Assembly (NCBI GenBank): GCA_000493945.1 | Contig: AWNW01000001.1 | Span: 51,055 to 115,054 of the forward strand | DNA length: 64,000 nt | Origin: Candidatus Hydrogenedens terephthalaticus JGI OTU-1 | GTDB lineage: Bacteria > Hydrogenedentota > Hydrogenedentia > Hydrogenedentales > Hydrogenedentaceae | Direction: 5' to 3' | Part shown: piece after piece, positions 52,141 to 62,222 of the stretch | Layout of the letters: the number at the start of each line of letters is the position of its first letter | How positions within the stretch are numbered: the stretch's first letter is position 1 | Notes under the pieces: model-generated | What the model was told of the DNA's origin: nothing | The model's database searches: none | What the model saw: the letters and a program-made list of their open reading frames with translations, nothing else | Position numbers and translations under genes: made by a program

Positions 52141-53031
52141 ATGGGTTTGTTTATGCGTGCCTTGATGAAGATAAGAACGAATGCGAAGATAAATCTTTAT
52201 CTGGATGTCGTTGATAAATATTCCGATGGCTTTCATCAAATAGAATCAATTTTTCAAACGGTGACTTTATCGGATACCCTTACCTTTTATGAAATAGCTA
52301 AAGGTATTTGTATTACCACAAACTATGCCTTATTGACTACAGATGAAAGAAATATTGTTTTTAAAACAATAAAAAAAGTAAAAGATATTTTAAAAATAGA
52401 TAAAGGGATTCATGTCCATATTAATAAAAATATTCCTATGGGCGCAGGATTGGGTGGAGGGTCTGCTAACTCCGCAGGCACTTTGTATGGGATAAATAAA
52501 TTATGGAATTTAGGGTTACGGGATAATAATTTAATAGATATAGCCAAAGAATTGGGTTCCGATGTTCCATATTTTCTTAAAGGGGGAACGCAGGCAGTTA
52601 CTGGCAAAGGGGAGAAATTATCCGCATTAATTCCAATTTCTGATATATGGGTTGTCCTAATTCATCCTCCGTTATCCCTATCAACTGCGAAAGTTTATCA
52701 AAATCCTGCATTAAAAATCCGACCTTTACATAGAAGTGCAAATAAGTATAGTTTGCGGTTCAGAAAAGTAATATATGATTTACAGAAAAGTAATTGGGAG
52801 AAAGTCATATATAATCGTTTAGAATTACCTGCTTTCTGTATTTATCCTGAATTATATGAATTGAAATTAAAAATAAAAAAGATGGGTTTCCCGTATGTTG
52901 GAATGACAGGCAGTGGGTCAACCTTTTTTGTTATCGTAGAGTCTAAAAAACAAGGTAAAGAGTTAATTCAGAAACTAAATTGGAAGACACATCTTGTAAA
53001 CACAACCTCAATGGCTATAGAGGAATTATAA
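52141..53031 (+). CDS. ispE: 4-diphosphocytidyl-2-C-methyl-D-erythritol kinase
   Basis: N-terminal AKINLYLDV and the GHMP kinase motif PMGAGLGGGSANSA. Confidence 0.85.
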   Translation: MGLFMRALMKIRTNAKINLYLDVVDKYSDGFHQIESIFQTVTLSDTLTFYEIAKGICITTNYALLTTDERNIVFKTIKKVKDILKIDKGIHVHINKNIPMGAGLGGGSANSAGTLYGINKLWNLGLRDNNLIDIAKELGSDVPYFLKGGTQAVTGKGEKLSALIPISDIWVVLIHPPLSLSTAKVYQNPALKIRPLHRSANKYSLRFRKVIYDLQKSNWEKVIYNRLELPAFCIYPELYELKLKIKKMGFPYVGMTGSGSTFFVIVESKKQGKELIQKLNWKTHLVNTTSMAIEEL

Positions 53032-53097
53032 ATTTATTGAACAAATTCCCCTATTTAAAGGATATAATTAGAAACAAATATAGATAGAAAGAATTAT

Positions 53098-55509
53098 ATG
53101 GAAAAAGAAAGAAAAATATATAGGAATGTTTTTTTTACACTTTTAATGCTTATTTCTTTGTGTATACTTTTGCCACAAGAGTTATTTGCAGTTAAAACTG
53201 CTGTAAGTAATGAAGGGACAACAGAGGGTATAATGGAAGGAGAGGGAACAATAGAAGGAGGAGGTATTTTAGAAGGTAGTCTGGAAGGGATAACCGAAGG
53301 GGAAGGGACACCCGAAGGGGAAGGTTTGTTTGACCCCTGCAATATAGGACCGTGTATAGAGGAGTGTGACGATGTATTAGGCGAAAGCCATTTTGAACAG
53401 GACCTTGCAGGATTTTATAAGACATGGGTGGGTCTCAATGTGGATGAGATGGATTTAGATGAGAATGGGATGATAGATGTAGTTCAAGCATGGTTATTAG
53501 ATGAAGTTTTAAGGGAAAATACCCATGAGATACATTGTTGTGTAAAACAGGTATTTCGTCATAATGTGGAAAGTGTGAGGTTATATGCCGATGAAATACA
53601 GTCGGCTCAACCCGTTATATTTCTGTTAATAAACAGACAGCAGTTTGAAAGTGTGCTTACAGGATTAGTGACGGTAGGGGAGAAGACGACTATTGATATG
53701 CTGTTAGGTATGATTGATGAGTTGCCCATAGAAGTGCCAATGCCAGATATGGAACAATTCGACCTGAGTATGGGAATGTATTTAAGTAAAATAGGGGATG
53801 CCGATAGAGATGGAGTATGTAATTATGGAGAATATCGCTGGAATTTATTGAATGGATATGGTATAGAAGGGTATAAAAAAAGCGCATTAAACGATAAAAA
53901 TGTAGGTAATGGCGGGGGATGTATATGGTGTGGAGAAGGGGATCCACCAGAAGGTGAAGGTATTTTCGAGGGTATACCCGAAGGTATCATAGAAGGGACG
54001 ATAGAAGGAGAAGGTATTGTAGAAGGCGAAGGTATTTTAGAAGGTAGTCTGGAAGGGATAACCGAAGGGGAAGGGACACCCGAAGGGGAAGGTTTGTTTG
54101 ACCCCTGCAATATAGAACCGTGTATATCGGAATGTGATGATGTTTTAGGGGAGAGCCATTTTGAAGAGGATTTGCGTTGGTTATATGAGTATGTAGGAGA
54201 AAGACCAGATACTGCAGATTTAGATACAAACGGAGTTATAGATGTAGTTCAAGCATGGCTATTGGATGAGGTTTTACGAGAAAATACCCACGAAATACAT
54301 TGCTGTGTAAAACAGGTATATCGGCATAATGTGGAGAGTACAAGGTTATATGCCGATGAAATACAGTCGGTTCAACCGCTTGTATTTTTGCTGTTAGATA
54401 GAGCAAAATTTGAGGGTGTAGTGTCTGGATTAATAACGGTAGGGGAGAAGACGACTATTGATATGCTGTTAGGTATGATTGATGAGTTGCCCATAGAAGT
54501 GCCAATGCCGAATATGGAGCAATTTGATCTGAGTATGGCAAGATATTTAAGTAAGATAGGGGATGCCGATAGAGATGGGGTATGTAATTATGGAGAATAC
54601 CGCTGGAATTTATTGAATGGATATGGTATAGAGGGATATAAACAAAGTGTATTAAATACTAAAAATGTAGGTAATGGTGGAGGATGTGTATGGTGTGGAG
54701 AAGGGGAACCACCAGAAGGCGAAGGTATTTTCGAGGGTATTCCCGAAGGTATCATAGAAGGGGAAGGAGAAACTCCCGTATACAGTTCTTTGACAGTTAT
54801 CTTAACCCCGGATGAAGCAGTTTTAAACGGTGCTCAATGGCAAATTGAGGGTGATGAAAATCTATATAATAGCGGAGATAAAGTGGAAAATCTTTATGCG
54901 GGTATTTATAAAATATTTTTCACTCAGCCCGTAGGCTGGTCTACTTCTGAATATATTCAAGTGGAGATTGGTGAGAAAGAAGATAAAATCATAGAAGTAA
55001 ATTATTGGAAATCGGGCGGAATTGTAATCAATATTTTCCCGGATGAAGTAGTTAAATTAAATGCGAAATGGAAAATACAAGGGCAGGAAGAGTGGAAGGA
55101 AAGTGGAAAAATAGCAATATTCCCTATAGGTTTTTATGAAATTGTATTTTCCAATATAGAAGGTTATGTAACACCACCTCAAAAGCGGGTCTATATTCCT
55201 CATGCTTCCTATATTAGTTTAGATGTCAGTTATCAGAAAGTTAAACCGTTAGATAAAGATGAAAAAAGAAACCTTGCTTTACAGATATTTTCAACATATA
55301 ATTCTTGCGATATAGATGGTGATGGAGTGCTTATTTTTTCAGAAATTATACAAAAATATCCACAAGTAACACAGGAATTTTTCACGGAAATTGATGCTGA
55401 TATGAATCAGGCAATATCTATGGGAGAACTTGAGAATTATATTAAGGAACTAAGTACAACCACCTGTGGAATTATCTTCGGAAATTGCAAGAAAAGTTTC
55501 TTCCCTTAA
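53098..55509 (+). CDS. large secreted repeat protein with an internal ~256-aa tandem duplication, (EGxG/TEGE) linkers, DADRDG calcium-binding-like loops and a C-terminal DIDGDG dockerin/EF-hand-like motif
   Basis: Signal peptide. Two near-identical modules (EGEGTPEGEGLFDPCNI.PCI.ECDDVLGESHFE ... VVQAWLLDEVLRENTHEIHCCVKQV ... GDADRDGVCNYGEYRWNLLNGYGIEGYK ... GGGC.WCGEG.PPEGEGIFEGIPEGIIEG). The opposite-strand PSPS ORFs in the track are artefacts of these repeats. Confidence 0.6.
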   Translation: MEKERKIYRNVFFTLLMLISLCILLPQELFAVKTAVSNEGTTEGIMEGEGTIEGGGILEGSLEGITEGEGTPEGEGLFDPCNIGPCIEECDDVLGESHFEQDLAGFYKTWVGLNVDEMDLDENGMIDVVQAWLLDEVLRENTHEIHCCVKQVFRHNVESVRLYADEIQSAQPVIFLLINRQQFESVLTGLVTVGEKTTIDMLLGMIDELPIEVPMPDMEQFDLSMGMYLSKIGDADRDGVCNYGEYRWNLLNGYGIEGYKKSALNDKNVGNGGGCIWCGEGDPPEGEGIFEGIPEGIIEGTIEGEGIVEGEGILEGSLEGITEGEGTPEGEGLFDPCNIEPCISECDDVLGESHFEEDLRWLYEYVGERPDTADLDTNGVIDVVQAWLLDEVLRENTHEIHCCVKQVYRHNVESTRLYADEIQSVQPLVFLLLDRAKFEGVVSGLITVGEKTTIDMLLGMIDELPIEVPMPNMEQFDLSMARYLSKIGDADRDGVCNYGEYRWNLLNGYGIEGYKQSVLNTKNVGNGGGCVWCGEGEPPEGEGIFEGIPEGIIEGEGETPVYSSLTVILTPDEAVLNGAQWQIEGDENLYNSGDKVENLYAGIYKIFFTQPVGWSTSEYIQVEIGEKEDKIIEVNYWKSGGIVINIFPDEVVKLNAKWKIQGQEEWKESGKIAIFPIGFYEIVFSNIEGYVTPPQKRVYIPHASYISLDVSYQKVKPLDKDEKRNLALQIFSTYNSCDIDGDGVLIFSEIIQKYPQVTQEFFTEIDADMNQAISMGELENYIKELSTTTCGIIFGNCKKSFFP
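53273..54040. repeat. first unit of a 768-bp in-frame tandem duplication inside the 53098 gene
   Basis: For example, gaaggtagtctggaagggataaccgaaggggaagggacacccgaaggggaaggtttgtttgacccctgcaatata occurs at 53273 and again exactly 768 bp later. Confidence 0.85.
54041..54808. repeat. second unit of the 768-bp tandem duplication (about 85-90% nt identity to unit 1; the distal boundary is approximate)
   Basis: See the first unit. Similarity fades around 54770-54810. Confidence 0.75.
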
Positions 55510-55629
55510 AAAAATCTTGCAAAAAATATTCAAAAAATGTTATTTTTATATATATTATGGTTTAAAAGGATTTTTACATAATAATATGCGGGGATAAAAC
55601 CTGTCAAAAAACAATAGGAATATGTTTGA

Positions 55630-58314
55630 ATGAGAAGTAAAATATCTTTTTTAGGGCTGGCTGTAATTGTCCTCTTTTTTTGTGTATTTTATGGGATTGT
55701 GAATAACACCTCCTATGCACAGGATTTGATTGTGAAGGGAGATTATCATACTGCGGATAGAAATCAAGATTATAAAATTGATTTAAGCGAACTTCTGCGT
55801 ATTATTCAGTTTTTTAACGCACGAGCGTATCATTGTGATCCGGAGGGAGAAGATGGATACGCACCGGGGACAGGTGACCAATCCTGTGAACCTCATGATA
55901 GCGATTATGAACCGAATACTCCTTGGCGAATATCTTTAAATGAACTTCTTCGTTTGGTACAGTTTTATAATGTGTGTGGTTATGAAGTAGACCCCTCTAA
56001 AGAAGATGGCTTTCGACCTGTTTTATGTCCTGTAATTATTGAAGGAGAGCCCGAAGGAACTCCCGAAGGTTTAGAAGGGGAAGGTTTTTCGGAAGGAGTT
56101 TTAGAAGGGGAAGGAGAGACCTATAATTATGCTCGTATTATTGTTGATAGAAGGGATTCAGTTCCGAATACAGAGATAAATATCCCGCTTACTCTTGAGA
56201 CTAAAAATGTTGCGTTGGGATATGTACAATTTGACCTGATTTTCAATTCCAATCGGATACAGTATCTGGATTATATGATAGGTCCGGCTATTCAAACTAC
56301 GGGTCGGAATCTGTCTGTAGGACAAATTATTCCTGGAAAAATAAGATTGACAACAACAGGGACATCTACTTCCGGGATGACATCTGGCATATATGCTATT
56401 TTGAGATTTAAGGTTTCCGACAATGTAGAGTTTAATGATGTCTATTCTATTTATGCCGAAAGCATAATGGCTACCAGTTATCCTGACGGATTGATTTATC
56501 CTCTTTCCGTGCTGGCAGGGTATATTCGTATTTATAGTTCGTTCCCGTATCCTCCAACTGCGGAGTTCTCAGCCACTCCTGTAAAAAATATAATTAATAG
56601 TGAAATTGAATTCCGTGATGAAAGTAAGATGGGAAATGGAACGGAACCTACCTGGCAGTGGAATTTCGGGGATGGAAGTTTTAGTTTTTTGAGAAATCCT
56701 ACACATATATACCAATCTCCGGGTGTGTATACGGTAACTTTGACTGTTACGACCAGTGCGGGGCAGAGTATAAAACAAAAGACAGGTTATATTGAAATAA
56801 TTCATGGCTCTCGAATATATGTAAAGAAGCCGCAAACAAAGAATCCAAAAGAAGAAATTGAGCCTGATGGATTATCATGGGCGACAGCATTTCCTACTTT
56901 ACAGGAAGGAATAGATAAAGCGTTCGAATTAGGTGGAGGAGAGGTATGGGTTGCTGCGGGAGATTATAACGAGGTTCGTTCTAATCCTTATGGTGCGTTA
57001 ATACTCCGAGAATTGGTGAATGTATATGGTGGTTTTCAAGGCACAGAAACAGAATTAAATCAAAGGAACTATCAAACGAACATCACTATTATTAATGGTA
57101 GTGTAGCAAGAAATGGACAACCTGCCTGGCATGTGGTTAGAGGTGAAAATTACAGTGAATTAAATGGGTTTATAATAAAAGGTGGTGATTCCCGTTACGA
57201 TACTGTTTACAGTGATGCTCAGGATGGAGGCGGTTTATATATTCCCGCAAAGAAGATGGTTGTCAAGAACTGTTCTTTTTTCCAGAACAAAGCGGTCGGA
57301 GTAGGTGCGGGTGTATGCTGTATCAGCGGAAAATTATCTATATACAATTGCAATTTTATTGAGAATATGATAGAAAATATTTCTTCTGCTTCCAGTTATA
57401 ACTATGGTTCTGCTATTTATGTGTCAGATAGTGTTGTTAATATTCAGAATTCCCGTTTTGAATCCAATCGCATTTCCTCGCAGGGAATCTGGCAAACCTC
57501 TACCCAGAATATAACCGCTGTTTCCGCGGGTGGAGGGATATTTGCCTATAACTCCTCATTATCAATAGATAACTGTCTATTCTATTCAAACACATGTTCC
57601 GCAGAAGGAATAGGTCATGGGACTGTCGGAGGTGGAGTGTATGGTGCTTTTGCAAAGGCATTAGGCGGGGCTATTTACCTGTGGTATAGTGACATCAATT
57701 TGAGAAATTCAGATTTTAGAAATAATAGTGTTTCCACGAATGACCATAATGGTTTTTCCCGTGCAAGTGCAGGGATGATTTATTTGACCCGAAGTTCTGC
57801 AAAAATTGTGAATGTTATTGGATTTAGAAATAAGGCTTATGATTTTAGTTCCTCTATTGAAAGAACAGGTGGTGTGCATATAGACCTATGTGAAAATGTT
57901 GTATTTTCAAACTGCACCTTATATGACAATCAAGCAGATTTAACCACAACAAGTCATGGAGGTGCTGTTTTTAACTATTACAGCAATGTAGCATTTGCGA
58001 ATACGATTGTCTGGCAAAATTCTGGTCAAGGAACATATTCTCTCGGGAATGATGCGATATTTATGTATTGTAATACACAGCAAGTGAAAAATGGAACAGG
58101 AAATATAAGTTCAGATCCATTGTTTATTTTCCCGAGTGCGGGTAATTTTAGATTAAACAATGGTTCTCCGTGTATAGACAGAGGGATGGATACAAGTTCT
58201 AATGAATGGGGAAATGTGTTGACAGATATTGAGGGGAATCTTCGTGGACGGGATGCGATTCCGGGTGTTACCGGGGATGGTTCTGATTACGATATGGGTG
58301 CCTATGAATATTAA
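55630..58314 (+). CDS. secreted multidomain protein: two dockerin-like motifs, an EGE linker, a PKD domain and a Pmp-like (GGAI/FxxN) right-handed beta-helix
   Basis: Signal peptide. Duplicated DYKIDLSELLRIIQFFN...DPEGEDGY / ISLNELLRLVQFYN...DPSKEDGF motifs. PKD signature WQWNFGDGS...YQSPGVYTVTLTVT. The C-terminal region is rich in GGAIY/GGGIFA/GGGVYG and FxxN repeats as in chlamydial polymorphic membrane proteins. Confidence 0.6.
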   Translation: MRSKISFLGLAVIVLFFCVFYGIVNNTSYAQDLIVKGDYHTADRNQDYKIDLSELLRIIQFFNARAYHCDPEGEDGYAPGTGDQSCEPHDSDYEPNTPWRISLNELLRLVQFYNVCGYEVDPSKEDGFRPVLCPVIIEGEPEGTPEGLEGEGFSEGVLEGEGETYNYARIIVDRRDSVPNTEINIPLTLETKNVALGYVQFDLIFNSNRIQYLDYMIGPAIQTTGRNLSVGQIIPGKIRLTTTGTSTSGMTSGIYAILRFKVSDNVEFNDVYSIYAESIMATSYPDGLIYPLSVLAGYIRIYSSFPYPPTAEFSATPVKNIINSEIEFRDESKMGNGTEPTWQWNFGDGSFSFLRNPTHIYQSPGVYTVTLTVTTSAGQSIKQKTGYIEIIHGSRIYVKKPQTKNPKEEIEPDGLSWATAFPTLQEGIDKAFELGGGEVWVAAGDYNEVRSNPYGALILRELVNVYGGFQGTETELNQRNYQTNITIINGSVARNGQPAWHVVRGENYSELNGFIIKGGDSRYDTVYSDAQDGGGLYIPAKKMVVKNCSFFQNKAVGVGAGVCCISGKLSIYNCNFIENMIENISSASSYNYGSAIYVSDSVVNIQNSRFESNRISSQGIWQTSTQNITAVSAGGGIFAYNSSLSIDNCLFYSNTCSAEGIGHGTVGGGVYGAFAKALGGAIYLWYSDINLRNSDFRNNSVSTNDHNGFSRASAGMIYLTRSSAKIVNVIGFRNKAYDFSSSIERTGGVHIDLCENVVFSNCTLYDNQADLTTTSHGGAVFNYYSNVAFANTIVWQNSGQGTYSLGNDAIFMYCNTQQVKNGTGNISSDPLFIFPSAGNFRLNNGSPCIDRGMDTSSNEWGNVLTDIEGNLRGRDAIPGVTGDGSDYDMGAYEY

Positions 58315-58351
58315 TCAGGATATTGAAAAAGAATAATAGAGTAGTAGCAAT

Positions 58352-59884
58352 TTAATCTTTTTCAGGAAATCTCTCGCGAATTTGTAATACTTCTTCAATA
58401 TTGGAGAAAAATATATCTACTAAATCGGGGTCAAATTGTTTTCCTCGTTGTTCGGCGAAGTACTCTTTGATTTCGTCTAAAGTCCATGCCCTTTTATATA
58501 CTCGCTCTACTCCTAAAGCATCGAAGACATCGGCTATCCCTACGATTCTTCCAAAAATATGTATATCTTTTCCTTTTTTGCCGTTGGGGTAGCCATTTCC
58601 ATCAAAGCGTTCGTGATGTTCCAATGCAATTATAGCCGCAGATTGTAATACAACCCCCTTGGTTTTACTTAACATATCATAACCAATGGTAGTATGCGTT
58701 TTTATTACATCAAACTCTGAAGGTGTTAAGGGTCCAGGTTTATTTAATATTGCGTCAGGTATTCCTACTTTTCCAACATCGTGAAGGGGTGAGGCTAAAC
58801 GAAGAATTTCCGCCTCTTTATTAGATAGACCTAATTTTGATGCTAATAATTTTGAATATTCCGCAACCCTTTTTACATGGCTCCCTGTTTCGCGAGAACG
58901 AGTTTCTACAATTTCACCTAATGTGAAGACGATTTCTCTTTGTGCAGATTCTATTTCATGTATTAAACGGGCATTTTCTATGGCTGAAGATCCATGGTTG
59001 GCTATGATTTTTAATACTTTTAAGTCCGTTTCAGAAAAGGTTTCACCATCTAACTTATCCGTGACATTAAGAACTGCAATTACATCCTGCTCATTAATTG
59101 CCAGAGGATGTGATTCCATAAATTCCGATTTTTTTCTCTGTAGTGGAACAGAAATAAAGGATGTATTTTTTAATCCGATTAAGAAGTTTTGTAAATCAGG
59201 ATTTTGACTGATGTCTTCAATTAGTAACGGTTCTATGTTCTTTACAACAATTCCCGAAACAGTTTTGAAATCTACAGGAATGGTTTTTCCATTAAATTCC
59301 GAAGGTAGTCCGGTACTGGCAACGACTTTAAGGTATTTGCCATCCTCAACGACTTCAAGTATAGAACCCCGTTTTGCCTGTGTATGTTCTAATGCAGCAT
59401 TCAATATAAACCTAAAAAGTTGTTCTTCATCTCTTATAGCGGATATATTTTCACTAATCTTGAATAGTTCTGTAATTTCTTTTAAACGGGCATTTTCCTG
59501 AATGAGCCGATTTCTTTCCAGTGCATTGTTTACTACCGTTTTAATTTCTGTGATATTGAAGGGTTTTAGCACATAATCGTAAGCCCCCTCCTTTACTGCG
59601 GCTCTTGCTGTTTCTATGGTAGCATATCCCGTCATAATGATAGGGACAATACCCGGATTAAGTTCTCTTGCTTTGTGTATCAGAGTAATTCCATCCATTT
59701 TAGGCATCATAATATCTGTAAATAAGACAGCAATCTCGCTATCTTCATGAATAGTTTTTAGTGCGGTCTCCCCGTCAGGTGCCAATTCTACAGAAAAACC
59801 CTCATCTGTCAAAAGGTCAAAAAGTAATTCACGGATGATTAATTCATCATCAACTATCAGAATTTTTTCTTTTTTGAACGGCAT
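58352..59884 (-). CDS. response regulator with REC, GAF and HD-GYP (c-di-GMP phosphodiesterase) domains
   Basis: REC domain (ILIVDDE, phospho-acceptor FTDIMMPKMDG), a central GAF-like region, and HD...HHERFDGNGYPNG, the HD-GYP signature. Confidence 0.85.
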   Translation of the reverse strand: MPFKKEKILIVDDELIIRELLFDLLTDEGFSVELAPDGETALKTIHEDSEIAVLFTDIMMPKMDGITLIHKARELNPGIVPIIMTGYATIETARAAVKEGAYDYVLKPFNITEIKTVVNNALERNRLIQENARLKEITELFKISENISAIRDEEQLFRFILNAALEHTQAKRGSILEVVEDGKYLKVVASTGLPSEFNGKTIPVDFKTVSGIVVKNIEPLLIEDISQNPDLQNFLIGLKNTSFISVPLQRKKSEFMESHPLAINEQDVIAVLNVTDKLDGETFSETDLKVLKIIANHGSSAIENARLIHEIESAQREIVFTLGEIVETRSRETGSHVKRVAEYSKLLASKLGLSNKEAEILRLASPLHDVGKVGIPDAILNKPGPLTPSEFDVIKTHTTIGYDMLSKTKGVVLQSAAIIALEHHERFDGNGYPNGKKGKDIHIFGRIVGIADVFDALGVERVYKRAWTLDEIKEYFAEQRGKQFDPDLVDIFFSNIEEVLQIRERFPEKD

Positions 59885-60034
59885 ATTTATTTATTCCTGC
59901 CAATATACGGAGTTTTTTCATTAAAAAAACAATAAATATAATAAATTTATTCTGATTGATATTATATATATAATGATAGTTAAAATGAAATTTATGGTAA
60001 TTAAATATTATTAAATTTTTATGAGGAGAATGAT

Positions 60035-61441
60035 ATGTATATTCACGATTATTTTATGAAAATAACATTAACTATTTTGCTATCTTTTTTGTCGGTTTTT
60101 ATTTTATGTTTAGATTCATATTCATTAACTGCGGGTGTTGCAAAAGGCATAATAACACCGGATATATCCAGAGAACCGATTGGTGTGTTTGGTAATAAAA
60201 TGAATAAGGTAGGAAGAGATATTTATGCTCGTGTCCTCGTTCTCAATGATGGTTTCCAACGGATAGTAATAGTAACCTATGACTTGAACTGTCTTGATGT
60301 TGCTACTCCAATTCTTCGGGAACGATTGAAAAAAGAATTAAGTATACCGATAGAAAATTTTATTCCACTTGCAACCCATAATCATTGCGCCCCTATACAA
60401 ATTGTTCCGGAAAATTTTGAATACGGTAGATGGTTGGCAGAAAAAATTTATCAACTAATAAAAGAAGCCATTGACCATGAAATAGGACCTGTTTCATTAG
60501 AGTTTGGGTTTGGGTATGTTTATCATTTGTTTAGTTTGGGAAATGCCCCTGTGGATTATGAAGTTCAAGTATTAAAGGTGGTAAAAGATGACGGCACTCC
60601 TGTAGCCATTCTTTTTAATCATCCTACACATCCTTTACAGATAAAAGAACAGAATGATGTAATTGATACAGGTCATTTTGGTTATGCTATAGAATATGTG
60701 GAAGAAGCGTTTCCAGATACAATGGTCTTATTTGCAGATGCCTGTGGTGGAAATCAATTTACTAAGAACATGATGCACGCTCCTTTGCCTATTGTCCAGA
60801 AATATGGTAAAGAACTGGCTGATGAGGTGATTCGGATTGCAAAGAATAAACAAAGAAGTATAGATGGGAATATTGTTAGTTCTTTTCAAGTTATTCCTTT
60901 GTCATTAAATAAACCAATACCTTTTGAGGATGTCCAACGACTTGCATTTTTTTATCCGACGGATATTGGTTATATCCATTATCCTGCCCCGGAACGCGAT
61001 ACAAATTGGGTCCGTTCATTATTTAAACACTATAAAGAAAAAATACCTTTTCCACAGAAAATTTCAGATATGATTTGCACAGATGATGAATTTTTAATCG
61101 AGAATAATCCGGATGGTAGGGAATTTCCATGTAGATTTGAGGAATCTATAGTTGTTAAAATAGGTGAACTTATTTTTGTTGCTTTACAGGGGGAAGTATG
61201 TGCCCCGATAGGTATGCGTATCAAAGACGCTTTTCGTTATGAACACCCGATAATGTTGTTTGGATATATGGGTGAGCATAATTTATATATACCTACTCGA
61301 GAGATTGTGCGTCTGGATATATATCAAGCACGAGTAATTCAGGAGCAATACGCTTCACCTGTAAAGTGGTCGCCTACTGTGGAAGATGAAATGGTTAGTG
61401 CCGTTCAAAGTCAGATTAAAGATATTCTGAGAAAAAAGTAA
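60035..61441 (+). CDS. neutral/alkaline ceramidase-like family protein (paralog of 34879-36180)
   Basis: GVAKGIITPD...IYARVLVLNDG...PLATHNHCAP mirrors the other copy and the ceramidase N-terminal pattern. Signal peptide/TM at the N-terminus. Confidence 0.45.
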   Translation: MYIHDYFMKITLTILLSFLSVFILCLDSYSLTAGVAKGIITPDISREPIGVFGNKMNKVGRDIYARVLVLNDGFQRIVIVTYDLNCLDVATPILRERLKKELSIPIENFIPLATHNHCAPIQIVPENFEYGRWLAEKIYQLIKEAIDHEIGPVSLEFGFGYVYHLFSLGNAPVDYEVQVLKVVKDDGTPVAILFNHPTHPLQIKEQNDVIDTGHFGYAIEYVEEAFPDTMVLFADACGGNQFTKNMMHAPLPIVQKYGKELADEVIRIAKNKQRSIDGNIVSSFQVIPLSLNKPIPFEDVQRLAFFYPTDIGYIHYPAPERDTNWVRSLFKHYKEKIPFPQKISDMICTDDEFLIENNPDGREFPCRFEESIVVKIGELIFVALQGEVCAPIGMRIKDAFRYEHPIMLFGYMGEHNLYIPTREIVRLDIYQARVIQEQYASPVKWSPTVEDEMVSAVQSQIKDILRKK

Positions 61442-61459
61442 TTACTGGAGTAGATGTGA

Positions 61460-62206
61460 ATGATAAAAGCAGTAAGTTTTGATTTTTGGGGAACATTGTT
61501 TCGAGACGCATTTAGTAAAGAAAGGCAGGAATATAGAGCCAAAGCCATTGTAAATACTTTTAAGCAAGGGGTATCGTTGGAGAATGCTTTGGAAGCAATG
61601 TCAGTGGTGGGAAAAGAATTTGCACGATGCCATATTGAAGAGCAACGAACATTAACACCTGAAGATGCAGTGGATATGGTTTCGTTGCAATTGGGTATAG
61701 ACCTTAATAAACGCGAGTATGAGTTTCTTGCAGAAGAATTTGCTACTGCTATATTAGTATTTCAGCCGGAACCTATAGAAAATGCTCTGGATGCAGTTCG
61801 ATTTACCTCACAGTTTGTTCCCGTGGGTCTTATCTCAGATACGGGTATATCTCCGGGAAAATCACTACTTAAATTGCTTGAAATACATGGCTTTACTCAA
61901 TATATTTCCTCATATCGTTTTTCAGATGAAGAAGGTGTTGCAAAACCCCAATCCATCATGTTTGAAAAAACGGCTTATGAATTAGGTGTGAAAACAGAAG
62001 AAATGCTACATTTAGGAGACCTGGAACCTACAGATATAATCGGGATAAAGAGTGTGGGTGGTTATGCAGGTCTTTTTGCCGGGATAAATCTTAAATATAT
62101 GACCTCTACAACGGCAGATTTTTTATTTACAAATTGGCTTGAGTATATTGAAAATCTACCAAGAATTTTAGATAACCATTTTGATAACAAAAAATCCGAT
62201 CAATAA
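61460..62206 (+). CDS. HAD-superfamily hydrolase
   Basis: Motif I FDFWGTLF (DxDxT-like), plus the downstream HAD motifs and the lysine/aspartate region. Confidence 0.7.
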   Translation: MIKAVSFDFWGTLFRDAFSKERQEYRAKAIVNTFKQGVSLENALEAMSVVGKEFARCHIEEQRTLTPEDAVDMVSLQLGIDLNKREYEFLAEEFATAILVFQPEPIENALDAVRFTSQFVPVGLISDTGISPGKSLLKLLEIHGFTQYISSYRFSDEEGVAKPQSIMFEKTAYELGVKTEEMLHLGDLEPTDIIGIKSVGGYAGLFAGINLKYMTSTTADFLFTNWLEYIENLPRILDNHFDNKKSDQ

Positions 62207-62222
62207 ATGACTAACTATTCGA

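Noticed and set aside
53094-54229. Minus-strand ORFs encoding PSPS/SPS-rich low-complexity peptides (53094-53342, 53192-53425, 53823-54110, 53987-54229)
   Set aside because: They are the reverse-complement shadow of the GAAGG-rich (E-G-E-G) repeats in the 53098 plus-strand gene. They have no start context and overlap entirely with a strong ORF.
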